Counted from the first letter of the whole stretch, positions 1-12,683 are shown. The stretch is DNA of 63,516 bases, filler included, from Reticulomyxa filosa (GCA_000512085.1; 21 parts of 21 records of this genome joined end to end with filler, not necessarily neighbours in it), one strand, 5' to 3'. Numbers and translations are program-made. The notes: generated from the letters alone by a model not told the origin.

Positions 1-1
1 A

Positions 2-766
2 GAACAAGAGCAAGAACAAGAACAAGAACAAGAACAAGAACAAGGACAAGAGCAAGAACAAGAAGAACAAGAACAAGATGACAGAGACGAAGCAGATGAA
101 AAAGAACAAGAAGAACAAGAAGAAGTACCACGACACAATAAATATAGAAATAGACGAAAGAACGGCAAAAAAAGTGGAAGAAGCACTGTCATTCATAATA
201 TCGATTATGATCAAGAGGAAAACAATGATGCAGAAAACGCTCCAGAAAGTGATCCAGAGGATGCAAATGAAGGCTACTATGAGGAGTACAACGACGAAGA
301 ATATGAGCAGATGGAATACGAGGATAACAACAATAATGTTGAATATGAAGATGATAATGAATATATGATTGCTGATGGTGTGTCTGCAATCGATCAAATT
401 ATTGGCATCTGGAACATACGATATGAAGATGGCACCTCGTGTTCTTATCGAATTGAAAAAAGTTAAAAAAAAGATCAAAGCTTGTTGTCTATTAAAATAA
501 TAACATACAAATTTTTTTTTATAATGTTATGTTTGTGGAAAACAGACAGCACTGTTGATCGGCTACCTGAAAATGCTCACGGATGGGAAGGCAAAGTTCG
601 GATCGCTTATGATCCAGAAGTTGACCAATATGCAATCGAGTGTGAGAACGTTCCAAGTGTCTATGAGTTCGTGACTTTGATTGGACCCAATGAAATTGAA
701 ATACAAAATTGTAACGAAGAAACCCTGAGTGCAATGGAAGGGCAAGGAATGCGATTGGCATTGTAA
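2..766 (+). CDS. Hypothetical acidic protein, 5'-partial, 2 exons
   Basis: The frame from base 2 reads (EQ)n, then a D/E/Y-rich tract to ...IGIWNIRYEDGTSCSYRIEK. A GT..AG intron (~462-546) follows, then STVDRLPENAHGWEG...MRLAL*. Confidence 0.65.
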
Positions 767-1436
767 AATCTTTCCCCCCCTTTTTTTTTTTTTAATCCAT
801 CTCATTTTTTGTCTGTCTCGATTTTTTCTTTTATTTTCCTTTTATTCTTTTTCTATATTTTTTTTCTTTGTTTTTTTCCTTTGTTGTTTGAGTGCTAAGT
901 GTAAAAAACATAATTTGTAAGAAAAAGGACAACTACAATGATCTAGTTGACCTTTTTCTCTCCACACGTTTGCAGCCAATTTCAAAAAATGTCGACATGG
1001 TCCCAGAGTTTGGGCCAAATGTCTAAACTAGCTTTCTAGTGCGTCAGGGCAAAGCTGTGTAATAAATTTTTCTATTAAACAATAGTATCGATATTCTCAG
1101 CAATGTATATGTCAGGTTTTACAACAAAGCTAGCACGAAAATTAAATATAGAATTAATAAACAAAAAATGTAAAGAAATCCCTTCGAAATAAAAAAGATT
1201 TTGACTTGCTTTCTAAGAGAACAGAAGCCATCTTTTTGTCAAATTCTCAGATGATATTGTAACACAAAACTAGAGACATTTATTTAAGTTAGGATTTGAT
1301 CTAATTTTTTCTCATCGGAGTCTTTGCATGGTTTATTGACTCCATTAAAAGAATGATGAGCTGATAATTATACTTTTATTTTGTCAAGATACTTGACTTT
1401 TTATTATTTTAGTTTTCACTGTAAATTAACAAGAAC

Positions 1437-3116
1437 ATGGCTTTTCTTTGTGGAAGTAAAAAAACCCAACATGTACCAGAGGATTCAAAACCTGAACCTG
1501 CTGATATACCTCAACTGAAAAGTAATGTCTCTACTTTGCAAGATGCAATCAAAGATTTATATCTCAGAAATGAACAGACGATACAACTCCATGATTCCAA
1601 ATTAAAAACGTTGGAAACAAAGTTCGAAGAAGCCGAAAAGTTAGTATCCCAGATTGCAGCTAGTTACGAAGCTTCAACAAAATTTAAAAGCGAAACAGAA
1701 ATTGTAGAAACAATAAAAAAGCAGAAAGAAGAGTTAACTAGTGAAATTTGTGCAAATGGTCAGCAACTGGAAACAAAGCTAAAAGAACTAGAACAAAAAA
1801 ATGAAATTGCTCAGTTTGGAATAAATTCAAAGTTGCAAGAGCTTGAGATGCAAGTAACTCAAAAAGTGTTGACCACTGAACAAGTAATGAATACTGGAAC
1901 AAAGACAGATAACGACGACAAACAAGCAGTAGCAGAAAAATGGGGGTGTGAAGATCACGACAGGCTGGAAATACAAGTCAAAGAATTGCAAAACGAGATT
2001 AAGAGCTTACGATTTGAAAATGAGCAATTGAAGAGTTATGTTGCGGAACAAAACCAAGAGTTAGTTAAGATGACAAAGGAAAATGAAGAGAAAGAACATA
2101 ATCTGATGACGGAGACAAAAGCAGACATAGAGCAACTAAAGATGCATGTAAGTGCAAGATGTCAAGAGTTGGAGCATATGGTTCAAGATTTGTGCCAAAA
2201 AGTTGACAACAGTCGCCCAAACATTACCAACACAGAAAGTAAAAAGAAGCACAATAGTTTTTCTGGTGATGAAGAAGAAGAGCCTCCAATTATCGAAAGT
2301 ACTGTTACATTGGAAACAGATCAATTAAAAGTTGCAAAATATGAGAATCATATCCCACCTGCAGAAATGCAAGAACTGGTCAAAGAATTGCAGGCGAAGA
2401 ACAAACAAACTAATGAATTTGACAGTATTAATTTAAAAGATATTCAAAAGCGTTTGGAAAAAAATTAGATGATCAAATTAAACTCTTACGAAATGAACTG
2501 CAAGCAAGTGGCCACATCTTGCAGGAAAATATGCTAGATGCACAATATACTTCATCCAAATGGATAAGTACAAACAACAAAGAGGTCGAAATTGCTTGTT
2601 GGCAGTCAAGCGCATTTGAAGCAAATACGTGTTTTAGGTTGTTAATCTGCGACAAAATCTTAAAAGATTGTTTAAATTACTTACCACAAATGTAATGAAC
2701 AAATTTTGATGTTTATGTGGGCGGTTGCAACAAAAACAAATAGGAAATGGAATCATTGTGTATTTAGCACTGATTTCTTTTTGTTCAAGCTACAACGTGA
2801 TGGTACTGAAGTCATCGTTGAAAAAGCAGGCATTTATAACATATTTGCAACTGTTCGAGCATATACAACTTCCGAAAAATATGCACGTCTTTACATCAAT
2901 GGCACCGTGGCTGCATCTAGCGATTGTGAAACTGGTGGCGATGAACATCAATCAATGTGTCTACATTACGTATGTGAGTTAGAGTGCAATGACAAAATTC
3001 AAGTCTATTGTACCCCTCCAGTATGCACAATCAAAGAATGCAATATTTTAAGCATTCAACGAATGGGAGAAAAAATAATAACTGACGAGGAAAATGATAT
3101 GATTGATATACAGTAA
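1437..3116 (+). CDS. Long coiled-coil protein with C-terminal TNF/C1q-like beta domain
   Basis: 343-aa heptad-rich ORF. Adding one A in the run at 2458-2464 continues it as KLDDQIKLLRNELQASG. After a probable intron comes KWNH...DGTEVIVEKAGIYNIFATV...LYINGTV...LECNDKIQV. Confidence 0.6.
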
Positions 3117-3203
3117 CAATGTTGTCTAATATTTTTTGGTTCAATTCTTTCACAGAAATTTTTTTTCTAGCTTCTGTGTCAAGTTCATCCATTCTTTCCT
3201 TAC

Positions 3204-3953
3204 TTAGGGAAAGAGTATGTCCATACTTGTTTCAAATGTCAATTTTCCTTGATTTTTCATTTCTGCTCGACTCATGTCCCATAACCTTTTAAATGCACAG
3301 CCATCTTTCATATTTACCAAATATTCCTTATCATTTCCGTTTTTGATACATCTTTTGTTTATTCTGATATTTCTAACTCGCTTTTGGAAATAACTCCAAA
3401 TCCCAATTGTTATAGAAATTATCAAATTTGTTTAACCGTTCATAGAAATCATTACGTGCCATATAATTTGTCAACAACATTTTAGACAACGGTTTCAACT
3501 GCATAAAATTTCTGCAGTTTTTTAACATAGTCCATAATGCACTGACTCTGCCTAGATGGAGAAACAACAATACTATTAAAAACAGAGATTTGCTGATGGT
3601 TTCAATGTTATATTCGCTGTCACCACGATCGAGAAACTCGCATACGCAAAATGCAATTGACTCATCTTCAATCATTACAAATAACGCTTCTAATGTCATT
3701 TCCACAAAGGGCGTCTCCTTCGCTTACACTGGACTTCATTTGAACGGGAAGATTCACAATCACTTTAAATATTTCGTCCAATAATTTCGAGTCAATACAT
3801 TTTCGTGCTTGCTCCAACATTTTTCTCATTGACTCCAAAAATAGCCCTTAATGTATACGCAGAATAAATCATTTTCGTTTTGTCAGTAAAATAATCCAGT
3901 GTTTGCAATACACTTTCCCAATCTTGCCAAATCACTTCTTTATGTTTCAGCAT
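3204..3953 (-). pseudogene. Disrupted hypothetical gene
   Basis: Protein-like text (MLKHKEVIWQDWESVLQTLDYF...; MTLEALFVMIEDESIAF...) split over several frames; no family recognised. Confidence 0.35.
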
Positions 3954-4108
3954 AAAAAAATGAAAGCAATGAAAGTATTATTTAATGTAACCACTGCACT
4001 TCGAATTTCGAGTCTTAGTTTAATCCACGTCTCTTTTTTACTCGAAAATCATTCATATACAAAAAAATAGTTATATCGCTTTCCATAACTCTAAGTAAAA
4101 CATTTTTT

Positions 4109-4825
4109 TTGTCCAATAAAGAGCTACTCAAAAAAAAAAAATTGGTTCGTGTTAGATTAAATAGATTGATATTAAGATATTGTTACTTGCATTTTTTTTT
4201 TGTTAATTTATTGGCAATAATAAAATCTGTCGATATTTCACCATTACAAAGCAATCATGACAATGATAATAATAATAAAATAAATAATATTAGTATAATT
4301 GGTGGAAATGGATATAAAATTTGTTCTGGATCATGGGATAAAACCATTCGAATATGGGATATTGAAACAACTAAACAATTCAATGTATTCGAAGGACATG
4401 AAAGTTATGTGTGTAGTGTAAAATATGGATCAAATGAATTAATGAATACAATATTATCTGGATCAAGTGATGATAATGTTCGTTTGTGGGATATTCGATG
4501 TGGTAAGCAAGTTCAAAAGTTTAATGGGCATAAAAATGAAGTGTATTCTGTTGAATATTCACCATTTGTAATAAAAAATAGTATTGGTAATTCGAATGTA
4601 ATATGTTCTGGATCAATTGATAATACAATTCGTTTTTGGGATATTCGATCAAATAAGGAAGAATTCTATATCAAAGGAAATGATGATGAAGAAGATGGAA
4701 TAAGCTGTCTTAAATTTGTATCATTGAGAAAGAAAGTAAATGATAATAAACAAAAACCAAACGATTGTTATTGTGTTCATTTATATTATAGCTCAGTAAA
4801 AAGTCAAATTTGTGTTTGGGGATAA
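4109..4825 (+). CDS. WD40-repeat protein (lineage-expanded family), 5' end uncertain
   Basis: GGNGYKICSGSWDKTIRIWD, GHESYVCSVKYGSNE..ILSGSSDDNVRLWD, GHKNEVYSVEYSPF..ICSGSIDNTIRFWD. Confidence 0.9.
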   Translation: MSNKELLKKKKLVRVRLNRLILRYCYLHFFFVNLLAIIKSVDISPLQSNHDNDNNNKINNISIIGGNGYKICSGSWDKTIRIWDIETTKQFNVFEGHESYVCSVKYGSNELMNTILSGSSDDNVRLWDIRCGKQVQKFNGHKNEVYSVEYSPFVIKNSIGNSNVICSGSIDNTIRFWDIRSNKEEFYIKGNDDEEDGISCLKFVSLRKKVNDNKQKPNDCYCVHLYYSSVKSQICVWG

Positions 4826-5366
4826 ATTTTTTGTTTAAATTTACTAAAATTTTTTTGAATTAAAAAGATATTGACAAAGTTTGTTTAATTTCAATTTTTA
4901 AAATTATTTATTTTAAGATTTGGAGTTGTTTGATTTATTTTTTGTCTTCATAATGAAAAAGAAGAACAGTTCATTTATGAATGTTTTAATTTTTATATCA
5001 GCAGATTGTTTAATACATTTTGTCATCAAAGTCAATTTTGAAAGTAAAGAGTCAACTCGGTGATTAAGAGTGTAAATGAAAGTACTGACATTCCTTAAAA
5101 AAAAATTGTCATCTTCAATTGAAAGTTACTTTTAAATTGGATTTGCATACTTATCAATTTCATTTCAATTTCTTTATTAAAAAAAAGACTGAAAAAGCTC
5201 ATATTCACTCAAAGTCAAATCAGCAAACAGATATCTTCACTATCCCCAAATACAAATCATACCCATACATGAGCCGTAACACAAATTAATATCACAACAA
5301 ATATTATCATTGACTTTTCTTTTTTTTAATTGTAAAAACTTCCAACACCTTATTCCTCCATCTTTA

Positions 5367-5466
5367 NNNNNNNNNNNNNNNNNNNNNNNNNNNNNNNNNN
5401 NNNNNNNNNNTTAATTAATTAANNNNNNNNNNNNNNNNNNNNNNNNNNNNNNNNNNNNNNNNNNNN
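5367..5466. other. Artificial contig linker (first of 20)
   Basis: 44 N + TTAATTAATTAA (stops in all six frames) + 44 N. Identical linkers start at 7422, 8810, 11328, 12684, 14365, 15558, 25793, 27336, 28714, 33076, 34487, 37007, 38659, 46241, 49376, 52428, 54530, 57153 and 61660. Confidence 0.99.
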
Positions 5467-6953
5467 AATAACAATGATAACGATAACGAGGATGGCAATG
5501 ACACACAAAAAGAAGAGAAATATGAGAAAGTGGAGGAGCAAAGTCAACATGCAAACAACTCCAAAATACACAAAGTCAAGTTTGCAGAAGCAAAAAAAGA
5601 AGACGAAGAAGAAGAAGAAGAAGATGATGATGATGATGATAATGATGATGATGATGACGAGGATGAGGATGAAAATGACAACGATGATGGAGATGACAAC
5701 GACGATGATAACAATGACGAAGAAGAAAACGAAAATCACGAGAATATCAATGTCAATGTCAATGTCAATGTCAGTATCAATACCAATACCAATACCAATG
5801 CCAATGAAAAGGATGATAACAACATCAACGACAATACCGTCGGGACTGTCACAGCGAATAAAAAAAGCAGCGCACATTACAGCGGCCATCGCTGGGGAAT
5901 GGACAAGCAGAAATCCAGAGGGATCATGTATCACACCACACACACTCAGACGCAAACATATTTGCAAAAGAAGTTGCAGAACCTGGTCGAGCGCTGCAGC
6001 AATGAGCATCTATGCAAGTACATTGAGTGGAAAGTGCACAACGACATACAGTCGCTACGCACGTGGCTGAAGATTTTGGCCAACACCGTCACGTGTTCTC
6101 TGGAAGAAGAAAACCTGCTTATTCATGAATGGGAAGAGCATTTAGGAAGGGATGAAGAAGAAGACACTGGTTGTTATATCATATATACATATACATATAC
6201 ATATATATGTATATATATATATATATATATATGTATGTCTTTGTGATCGTGATAGACTTTATGAATGGAAGTGAAGAGCGCTATGACAACGATGACAGCG
6301 ATGATGGAGGCAATGTGGAGGAGGAGATTGTGGAGGACTTGAATCCGTTCATTGGTGAAACGCAAAGTCATACTCATGAAGAGATGTTTTATAAAAAAAA
6401 AAAGGAGCATTCGCATGCACACTCGCACTCGCATTCACATCCACACTCACGCATGCAGTCGCACTCGCATTCGCGGTCGCATCCGTCCATTGCCATGGAT
6501 GTGAAGCACAGCGATGAGTTCACTTCTCACAGTTGTCATCCACTTCCTTTGTCGTCCATCAGTCCCGAACAGCAATATGACATCCAGATTGATCGAGAAA
6601 GAGAAAGAGAGAGAGAGAGAGAAGAAAAACAAAAAGAAGAAAGTGTAATAGTGACCGCTGGTAGTACTGTAGAACAAGAACAAGGACAGATAAGCGAAAC
6701 CAACAAAGCAGCAATTGCAAGCCTGGAACATAACAAAAACTCGAGTCATCGCGTCACTAAAGTGACCAAGAGAAATCGATCCAAATTGTCTGCTGTCCAA
6801 CACAAGCAGCCTCAGTTTGCTATTCCCACGCACGTCGGCAATGCAAATGTGGCCAGCTCTTCCTCGTCTCTTGCACACAAAGTTTCGTTCATTCAAAGGT
6901 CCATGTCATCGCCACTTACTCATTTGTTCGACTTGCCAGCCGATTGGTAAACT

Positions 6954-6984
<31 letters not shown>

Positions 6985-7376
6985 ATGTATGTATATACAT
7001 ATATATATATATATATATACATATATATAAGCAAAACTCCATTTCAATAACCTAAAAACTTAGGCTCGTCTTTTTGGTGCAACACTACTTTGACAATCGT
7101 GAGTTGTTGTTGGCACTGCCATTGGTATGCAAAAGATTCCGAATATTGGCGGCCAACCCAGTGTGTTGGCGATCGCTTTTGCTGACGATGCCAAACATTC
7201 GCAACATTGACAAAACGCCGCAGGCTTTTCGCAAGTTTTTGATTCGCTCGTGCTCGTATCTCACGACCATCACCATTCACGGTCCGATCGAGCCCAGCGA
7301 TTGGAACTCATGGCTCCACATCATCCGCATACTTTCCAATCACGCTCATCGACAAAAGAAGATGAAAACCGCTCAA
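5467..7376 (+). CDS. F-box protein with acidic/His-Ser low-complexity N-region, partial, multi-exon
   Basis: Splicing out intron 6947-7063 gives LFDLPADWLVFLVQHYFDNRELLLALPLVCKRFRILAANPVCWR, an F-box pattern. Upstream exons are poly-D/E and (HS)n; introns contain (TA)n. Confidence 0.75.
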
Positions 7377-7384
7377 GTTTTGTC

Positions 7385-7421
<37 letters not shown>

Positions 7422-7521
7422 NNNNNNNNNNNNNNNNNNNNNNNNNNNNNNNNNNNNNNNNNNNNTTAATTAATTAANNNNNNNNNNNNNNNNNNNNNNN
7501 NNNNNNNNNNNNNNNNNNNNN

Positions 7522-7710
7522 TTGCATCTCACCATGATATTGCGCATCCAGCCATTGTTGCAGGCGGGGTTCTTCCTGGCGCAAATCAACATCGCTGATG
7601 CCACAAGCCGAGAAGCCGAGTTCTTGTGCCCACTGCTTAATCTGCCCGGCCAGTTGTTGCAACTGTGTCTGGTCCAGAGCTGGCGGCGTTGAAGCGGAGT
7701 TTGTTGTCAT
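7522..7710 (-). CDS. queG: Epoxyqueuosine reductase, N-terminal fragment (bacterial)
   Basis: LAGQIKQWAQELGFSACGISDVDL..EEPRLQQWLDAQYHGEM; divergent from tsaE as in Gammaproteobacteria. Confidence 0.92.
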
Positions 7711-7829
7711 AACATCATTTCAAGCAATTGATGGGCGACATCATATCACAAGCGTTCAGGCGACTGCGGGTAGTGCCGACGCGTTGATTTTGATAGCATA
7801 GCCGTTGCTTTTCACTAAAAAGAATCGTT

Positions 7830-8297
7830 ATGACCCAAGCAACTCTTGTATTGTCACTGGAAGATGAGGCCGCCACGGCGGCACTGGCTGTTCGGCTCGC
7901 GGCATTGTGCCAAGGCGGCACTGTGCTTTATCTGGAAGGTGAACCTTGGCGCCGGCAAAACCACGTTCTGCCGTTATCTGCTGCAAGCGCTCGGCCATCA
8001 CGGTAATGTCAAAAGCCCGACTTACACCCTGGTGGAGTCTTACCAGTTAGCGGAGCTGGCGGTATTTCATTTTGATTTATACCGCCTGCACGACCCGGAA
8101 GAGCTGGAGTTTATGGGCGTGCGCGATTATTTCCGTGCGGACACTTTGTGTCTGGTGGAATGGCCAGCCCGGGGGCGCCTTTGTTACCCGAGCCTGATCT
8201 GTCGCTGCAATTAAGCCGCACCGGTGCCGATAGCCGGCAGCTGACCGTGACCAGTGCGACCTCACGTGGCCGGCAAATGGTGGAACAGCTGCAGTGA
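7830..8297 (+). CDS. tsaE: tRNA t6A biosynthesis ATPase TsaE/YjeE (bacterial; two apparent frameshifts)
   Basis: [67 protein letters not shown]. Shifts at ~7942 and ~8178; TGA at 8295-8297 overlaps the amiB GTG. Confidence 0.93.
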
Positions 8298-8809
8298 AGC
8301 ATATAACTCTTTTTCTGGTTTTGGCGCTGAGTTGGCTGTGTAGTGTGCCTGTTTATGCCAACAATATCGACAATGTACGGATTTGGCCGTCACCGGATAG
8401 CACCCGTGTGGTACTGGACATGCAACAAAAACCAGTGTTTCGATTATTGCCGCAACAAGGCCAGTTGCTGATACTTGAAATTGATCAGATGAGTTCAGCC
8501 AGGCTTGGCAAACTGGCCGGTGAATCCGATTTATTAAAATCAATCCGCGTACAAAAGGTCAGCGGACGCAACACGGTTCGTGTCTTGCTGGACTTAAATG
8601 GCGTAGTGCGTGGCAATGCATTTTACTGGCGCCAATGGATCGCTACGGCCATCGGCTGGTGGTCGATTTAACGATGTTGCGGCAGAGCGCGCCAACACCG
8701 CACCGACCCGTGCGGTGCCACGGACAACGCCGGGTGGCGCTGGCCGTGATATTGTCATCGCCATTGACGCCGGACACGGTGGTCATGATCCCGGCGCGGT
8801 CGGACCCAA
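8294..8809 (+). CDS. amiB: N-acetylmuramoyl-L-alanine amidase, partial (bacterial; frameshifts)
   Basis: Signal peptide, AMIN-like VRIWPSPDSTRVVLD, YGHRLVVDL and catalytic-domain start IVIAIDAGHGGHDPGAVG; GTGA coupling to tsaE. Confidence 0.9.
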
Positions 8810-8997
8810 NNNNNNNNNNNNNNNNNNNNNNNNNNNNNNNNNNNNNNNNNNNNTTAATTAATTAANNNNNNNNNNNNNNNNNNNNNNNNNNNNNNNNNNN
8901 NNNNNNNNNGTTCCAAGGGGGAAAAAAACTTTTTTTTTTCCCATGTGCCCCCTTTTCCTCCGATACAACTGAACAGTTAAAAAAAAAAATACATTAT

Positions 8998-9396
8998 ACC
9001 ATTCAACCAAATGAGCAATGGAATTGATGAACCAGTGTTCACAGGATTGATTGCTTCAAAGAACCAGTAAAAAAGGTTGCCCTGTGTTTTATGTCAAATA
9101 AACAAACAAAAAAAAGTTTTTCTATTGCTTATGCGCTTTATTGCAAGATTGACTGAACATTGGCTTGTGGATTCACGGAAATGTATCCGGCATATTGAAG
9201 GGTCGGGCTTTTGCTGCCAACCGTGGGCAGTCCTGGTAATGATACAACTGTGTCGTTGCCTGTCAGCAAATGTGCACTTCTTTTTTTATGTCTGTCAAGA
9301 ACGAAAAACAAACAAAATCTTACCGTCATTGCAATTGCCACCAAGTGCAGCGATAAACGACAGACTCACAAGAGCTAGTTTAGAAAGATATGACAT
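8998..9396 (-). CDS. Serine carboxypeptidase (family S10), N-terminal part, 3 exons
   Basis: Signal peptide MSYLSKLALVSLSFIAALGG; VVSLPGL...QYAGYISVN; GNLFYWFFEA...PLLIWLNG, then an intron running into the contig end. Confidence 0.88.
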
Positions 9397-9689
9397 TTTT
9401 TGCTCAAAGAAATGCGTGAAAAACAAAAAAGCCTTCTTTCTTCCACTTGCGGAAAGTTTTGGTGCAGACCGTGTAAAAGTGGGCTTATAATTTTGATCTT
9501 TTTGCTGTCTTTATAATTTACAGATTTTTTACTTTTTTGAAGAACAAACCGAGTGAAATTGGTAAGAATAATAAATTTACAAAAACAATTTCGACAACAG
9601 TCTTTATTGATATGTGTTGGTGAAAGGGTGATGTAGAAGTTCCTAAAAAAGGGGCATAAGTTGGACTTCGAAAAAGCTTGTCATAAAGA

Positions 9690-10151
9690 ATGACCGCACA
9701 AAGTAATCCTGAAAAAAGCAAAGGTATTCAGATTATGATCTCTTACGCCGATTTAACAGGGGATCACTTCCAACAAAGTTATTACAAAATCTACGATTTC
9801 GAAAGGGGCTCTTTGCACAAGTTTTATCGCCCCAAATCCGCGATAAAATTCAATGGTCAAGTCATACCTATGAATCAACTACAGTCGTTTTTTAGCCATG
9901 TCCCCTCGACTCACCATAAAATCACATCTTGTAATGTTCAGCCAGTCTTTGCTTGTGGCCCAAGTCAAAACCCAACCACAATGATTACCGTCAATGGAAC
10001 CGTATTGTATCCGGGTCGAAAACCTTTGTCATTCACACAAGCGCTTATGTTAACTACCGAAAGCAGTAGCGACAGCGGAACCAGTGGAGGAAGTACTTAT
10101 TATATCGTCTCCGATATTTACAGGACTCATGGCGATATGCTCAATGAATAA
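9690..10151 (+). CDS. NTF2-like nuclear export factor (NXT1/p15-like)
   Basis: F..YYKIYD.ER.SL.KFY...S...FNG, PST.H.I.S...QP, ITVNGTV.Y, FTQ...L, YYIVSD.YR. Confidence 0.82.
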   Translation: MTAQSNPEKSKGIQIMISYADLTGDHFQQSYYKIYDFERGSLHKFYRPKSAIKFNGQVIPMNQLQSFFSHVPSTHHKITSCNVQPVFACGPSQNPTTMITVNGTVLYPGRKPLSFTQALMLTTESSSDSGTSGGSTYYIVSDIYRTHGDMLNE

Positions 10152-10663
10152 AGTAGTACTTATTGTGTTCAACAGTCTTTTTATTTTTCCTTAAAAGAAA
10201 TAAAAAGGAATATTGCTTTACGATTTTGGGAAAATCAAAATTTTAAGAATCTTAAATTAAAATAATCTAAGCCAATAACAAATTTGGATTTTTTTCTTTT
10301 GTTGTTATATTGTATTATCATGTATATTCTCATTACTTCAAAACAGACATGATTTCTAACAGTTCTTGTTGTTTGAGTTTTGGGAGCTACTTTTTCGTGG
10401 ATATCTTCTGTTTTTTTGAGATGGAAAGAGAGCATTCAACTATGGATTTTATAATGTGTTATTTGCATTGATTATAGAGTATCGGATTATCGCTTTTTTT
10501 TAAAGAGGTACAAAGTATTCCAAGGTACACGTGTATGCTGTACAAATTATACTATAAGAGTTGGAACCGTGGTTCTTACCGAAAGCAAGTGAAACAGAAC
10601 AGATTACCCTTTTCGTGTAGGTATCACACCAATACAAACAGCAATCACCCACTTTCCAAAGTA

Positions 10664-11327
10664 ATGACAGAAGCATTGAAATTGGTAGATGAAGCGATAG
10701 CGTTGTTAGATAAATCAACCGGAACTGAAGATGACGCGTTGGCCGACGTCAAACCTATCGACTTGTCTCCACTGCTTGATAAAGAAGCTGATGAAAGATT
10801 GATTGAAGCAACAGCACGAGAGTTAATAGAATCATTTCATCACTATGGGATAGTAATCGTGAGAGATCCAGTTTTGTGAAGTATTTGACGGAACATCAAA
10901 AATAAATCTAAACACAAACAAAACCAAGACAATGAAAAGGAGAACAACTTTCCAAAAATGCAATCTTTTTGTTTGATGTGTTTTGACCAAAAGCGAGTGT
11001 CCACAAAAAAGAACGATATATTTTTGGACATGTTTGAAGATTACTTTAACCGAGCCGATTCGGACAAAGTTAACAAAAAAGAGAACAGCAAGCGAAGGGA
11101 CACAACAAAAGAAAAGGGGTACAAACAATAAAAGAATTTTTTTTGTTTTGTTTATGAAGACCTTTTTATGCATAACATGAAGGACATAAACATTGATAAG
11201 AAGATCTCAATTATTTTGATAAAAATTACAATCAGATGGCCGAAGTTCACAAAGAGTTGAATTACCAAAGTGGGTTGACCCCTTCGCACATTGAAACTGC
11301 CCGCAATCACTGTGTTCGTGTCGAAAC
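10664..11327 (+). CDS. 2OG-Fe(II) oxygenase / IPNS-like protein, N-terminal part, multi-exon
   Basis: PIDLSPLL...LIESFHHYGIVIVRDP|RVSTKKNDIFLDMFEDYF|..HKELNYQSGLTP, a DIOX_N-like N-terminus. Confidence 0.7.
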
Positions 11328-11427
11328 NNNNNNNNNNNNNNNNNNNNNNNNNNNNNNNNNNNNNNNNNNNNTTAATTAATTAANNNNNNNNNNNNNNNNN
11401 NNNNNNNNNNNNNNNNNNNNNNNNNNN

Positions 11428-12683
11428 GTCCTCTACTATCTTATTCACTGGTGGAAATTCACTTTCAATTCCAACTCCAATTGTCAACTCACGAATTCGC
11501 CCTCTCAATTTTTGTACTTCTTGCAACAATTGTGCATTTTCTCTTCAGTATGTTGTGCCATTTCAACCAAACATCCGTTACATCATTACATATATTTGTT
11601 TGCGCGTTCATACATATATTCATATGTGTGAGCTGCATTTGTGTTTGTTTCCCTCTATCCGACTCGTTAAAAAATATGGATTATTTCTTAAGGTACTAAA
11701 CTCTTTAAGAAAATTGCTCTCGTATTTGCAACGTTCAATTTTATCAGATATCGTCGAGTTGTCTATACTCAATGAATTGATCTTGTTTTTGTGCATTGTA
11801 TTTTCTTCTGCGAATGTTTTGATTTGTTGGGACGACTTTTCAAGTTTGCTTGTTTGAGATTCACACATACAAACATTGCAAAAATGTAGTGCACTGCCTA
11901 CTTGTATTTTTTTGTTGTTTTGATTTTTTTGTGTTGGAGTGTGATAAATAAGAAACCTGCTGGCCTCGTTCAGCTTTTCCATATAGTCTTTGACTTGCAT
12001 ATCCAACTTTGAAATGGTATCCTCACGTTCCCGAATGGTACTGCGCAAAGTATTCAAAGCTCTGTTTTTTTTTTTATAGATTGTTTTGAGTGGCAGATAC
12101 GTAGAAAAAATTTAAGCTCTACTTTTTTTTTTAATATTAGACAGCTAACTCGTTTTCTTTCAATTTCGCCTATATCACAAAAATACATATACACAGTTGT
12201 TTTATTTTGTTTATTACAAATACAACAACAAAATGATATCATTATTGAAAATAACTTGAGAAAATAGAGAGGTTAAATGTTCTGGAATCACCTATACAGT
12301 TTATTACTCACCTTTTATATCCAATTGAGAGAGAGAAGAAAAAAAAAGAGATACAAACGAAACAGTAAGGTCATCCGGATGATGGCAGGAATTATCATTC
12401 AATCTCACTTGAACTTTTTTTTCGTTTACAAAGAAATATCTTACTCGAGCAGTTTTTGTATACTTTGAGGTTGTAATCCATCCACTTTCCTCAGCTTCGT
12501 AAGATACCAATGCTCCTATTGACAACTTTTTTTTTTGCATGACACTTTTCACAAAATGATTATATCCTTTTTTTAAAAAAATTAAAAAAACTAAACTCCT
12601 TGAGAGGACATTGATTTGACGCAATATGACACCAAAGAACGAATAACCTTTTTCAACACTTCAGGAGAGTCGTTTGTCTAACG
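11428..12683 (-). CDS. Hypothetical coiled-coil protein, partial, multi-exon
   Basis: Exonic stretches LNTLRSTIREREDTISKLDMQVKDYMEKLNE and TSKLEKSSQQIKTFAEE separated by AT-rich introns. Confidence 0.55.

Noticed and set aside
5419-6070. Long hydrophobic or Met/Thr-rich ORFs (also 28268-28636, 33819-34349, 44491-45267, 60747-61133, 61978-62373)
   Set aside because: Shadow frames of low-complexity coding repeats or pyrimidine tracts.
6175-7030. (TA)n / YIYI-type ORF segments
   Set aside because: Intronic microsatellites, common throughout the window.
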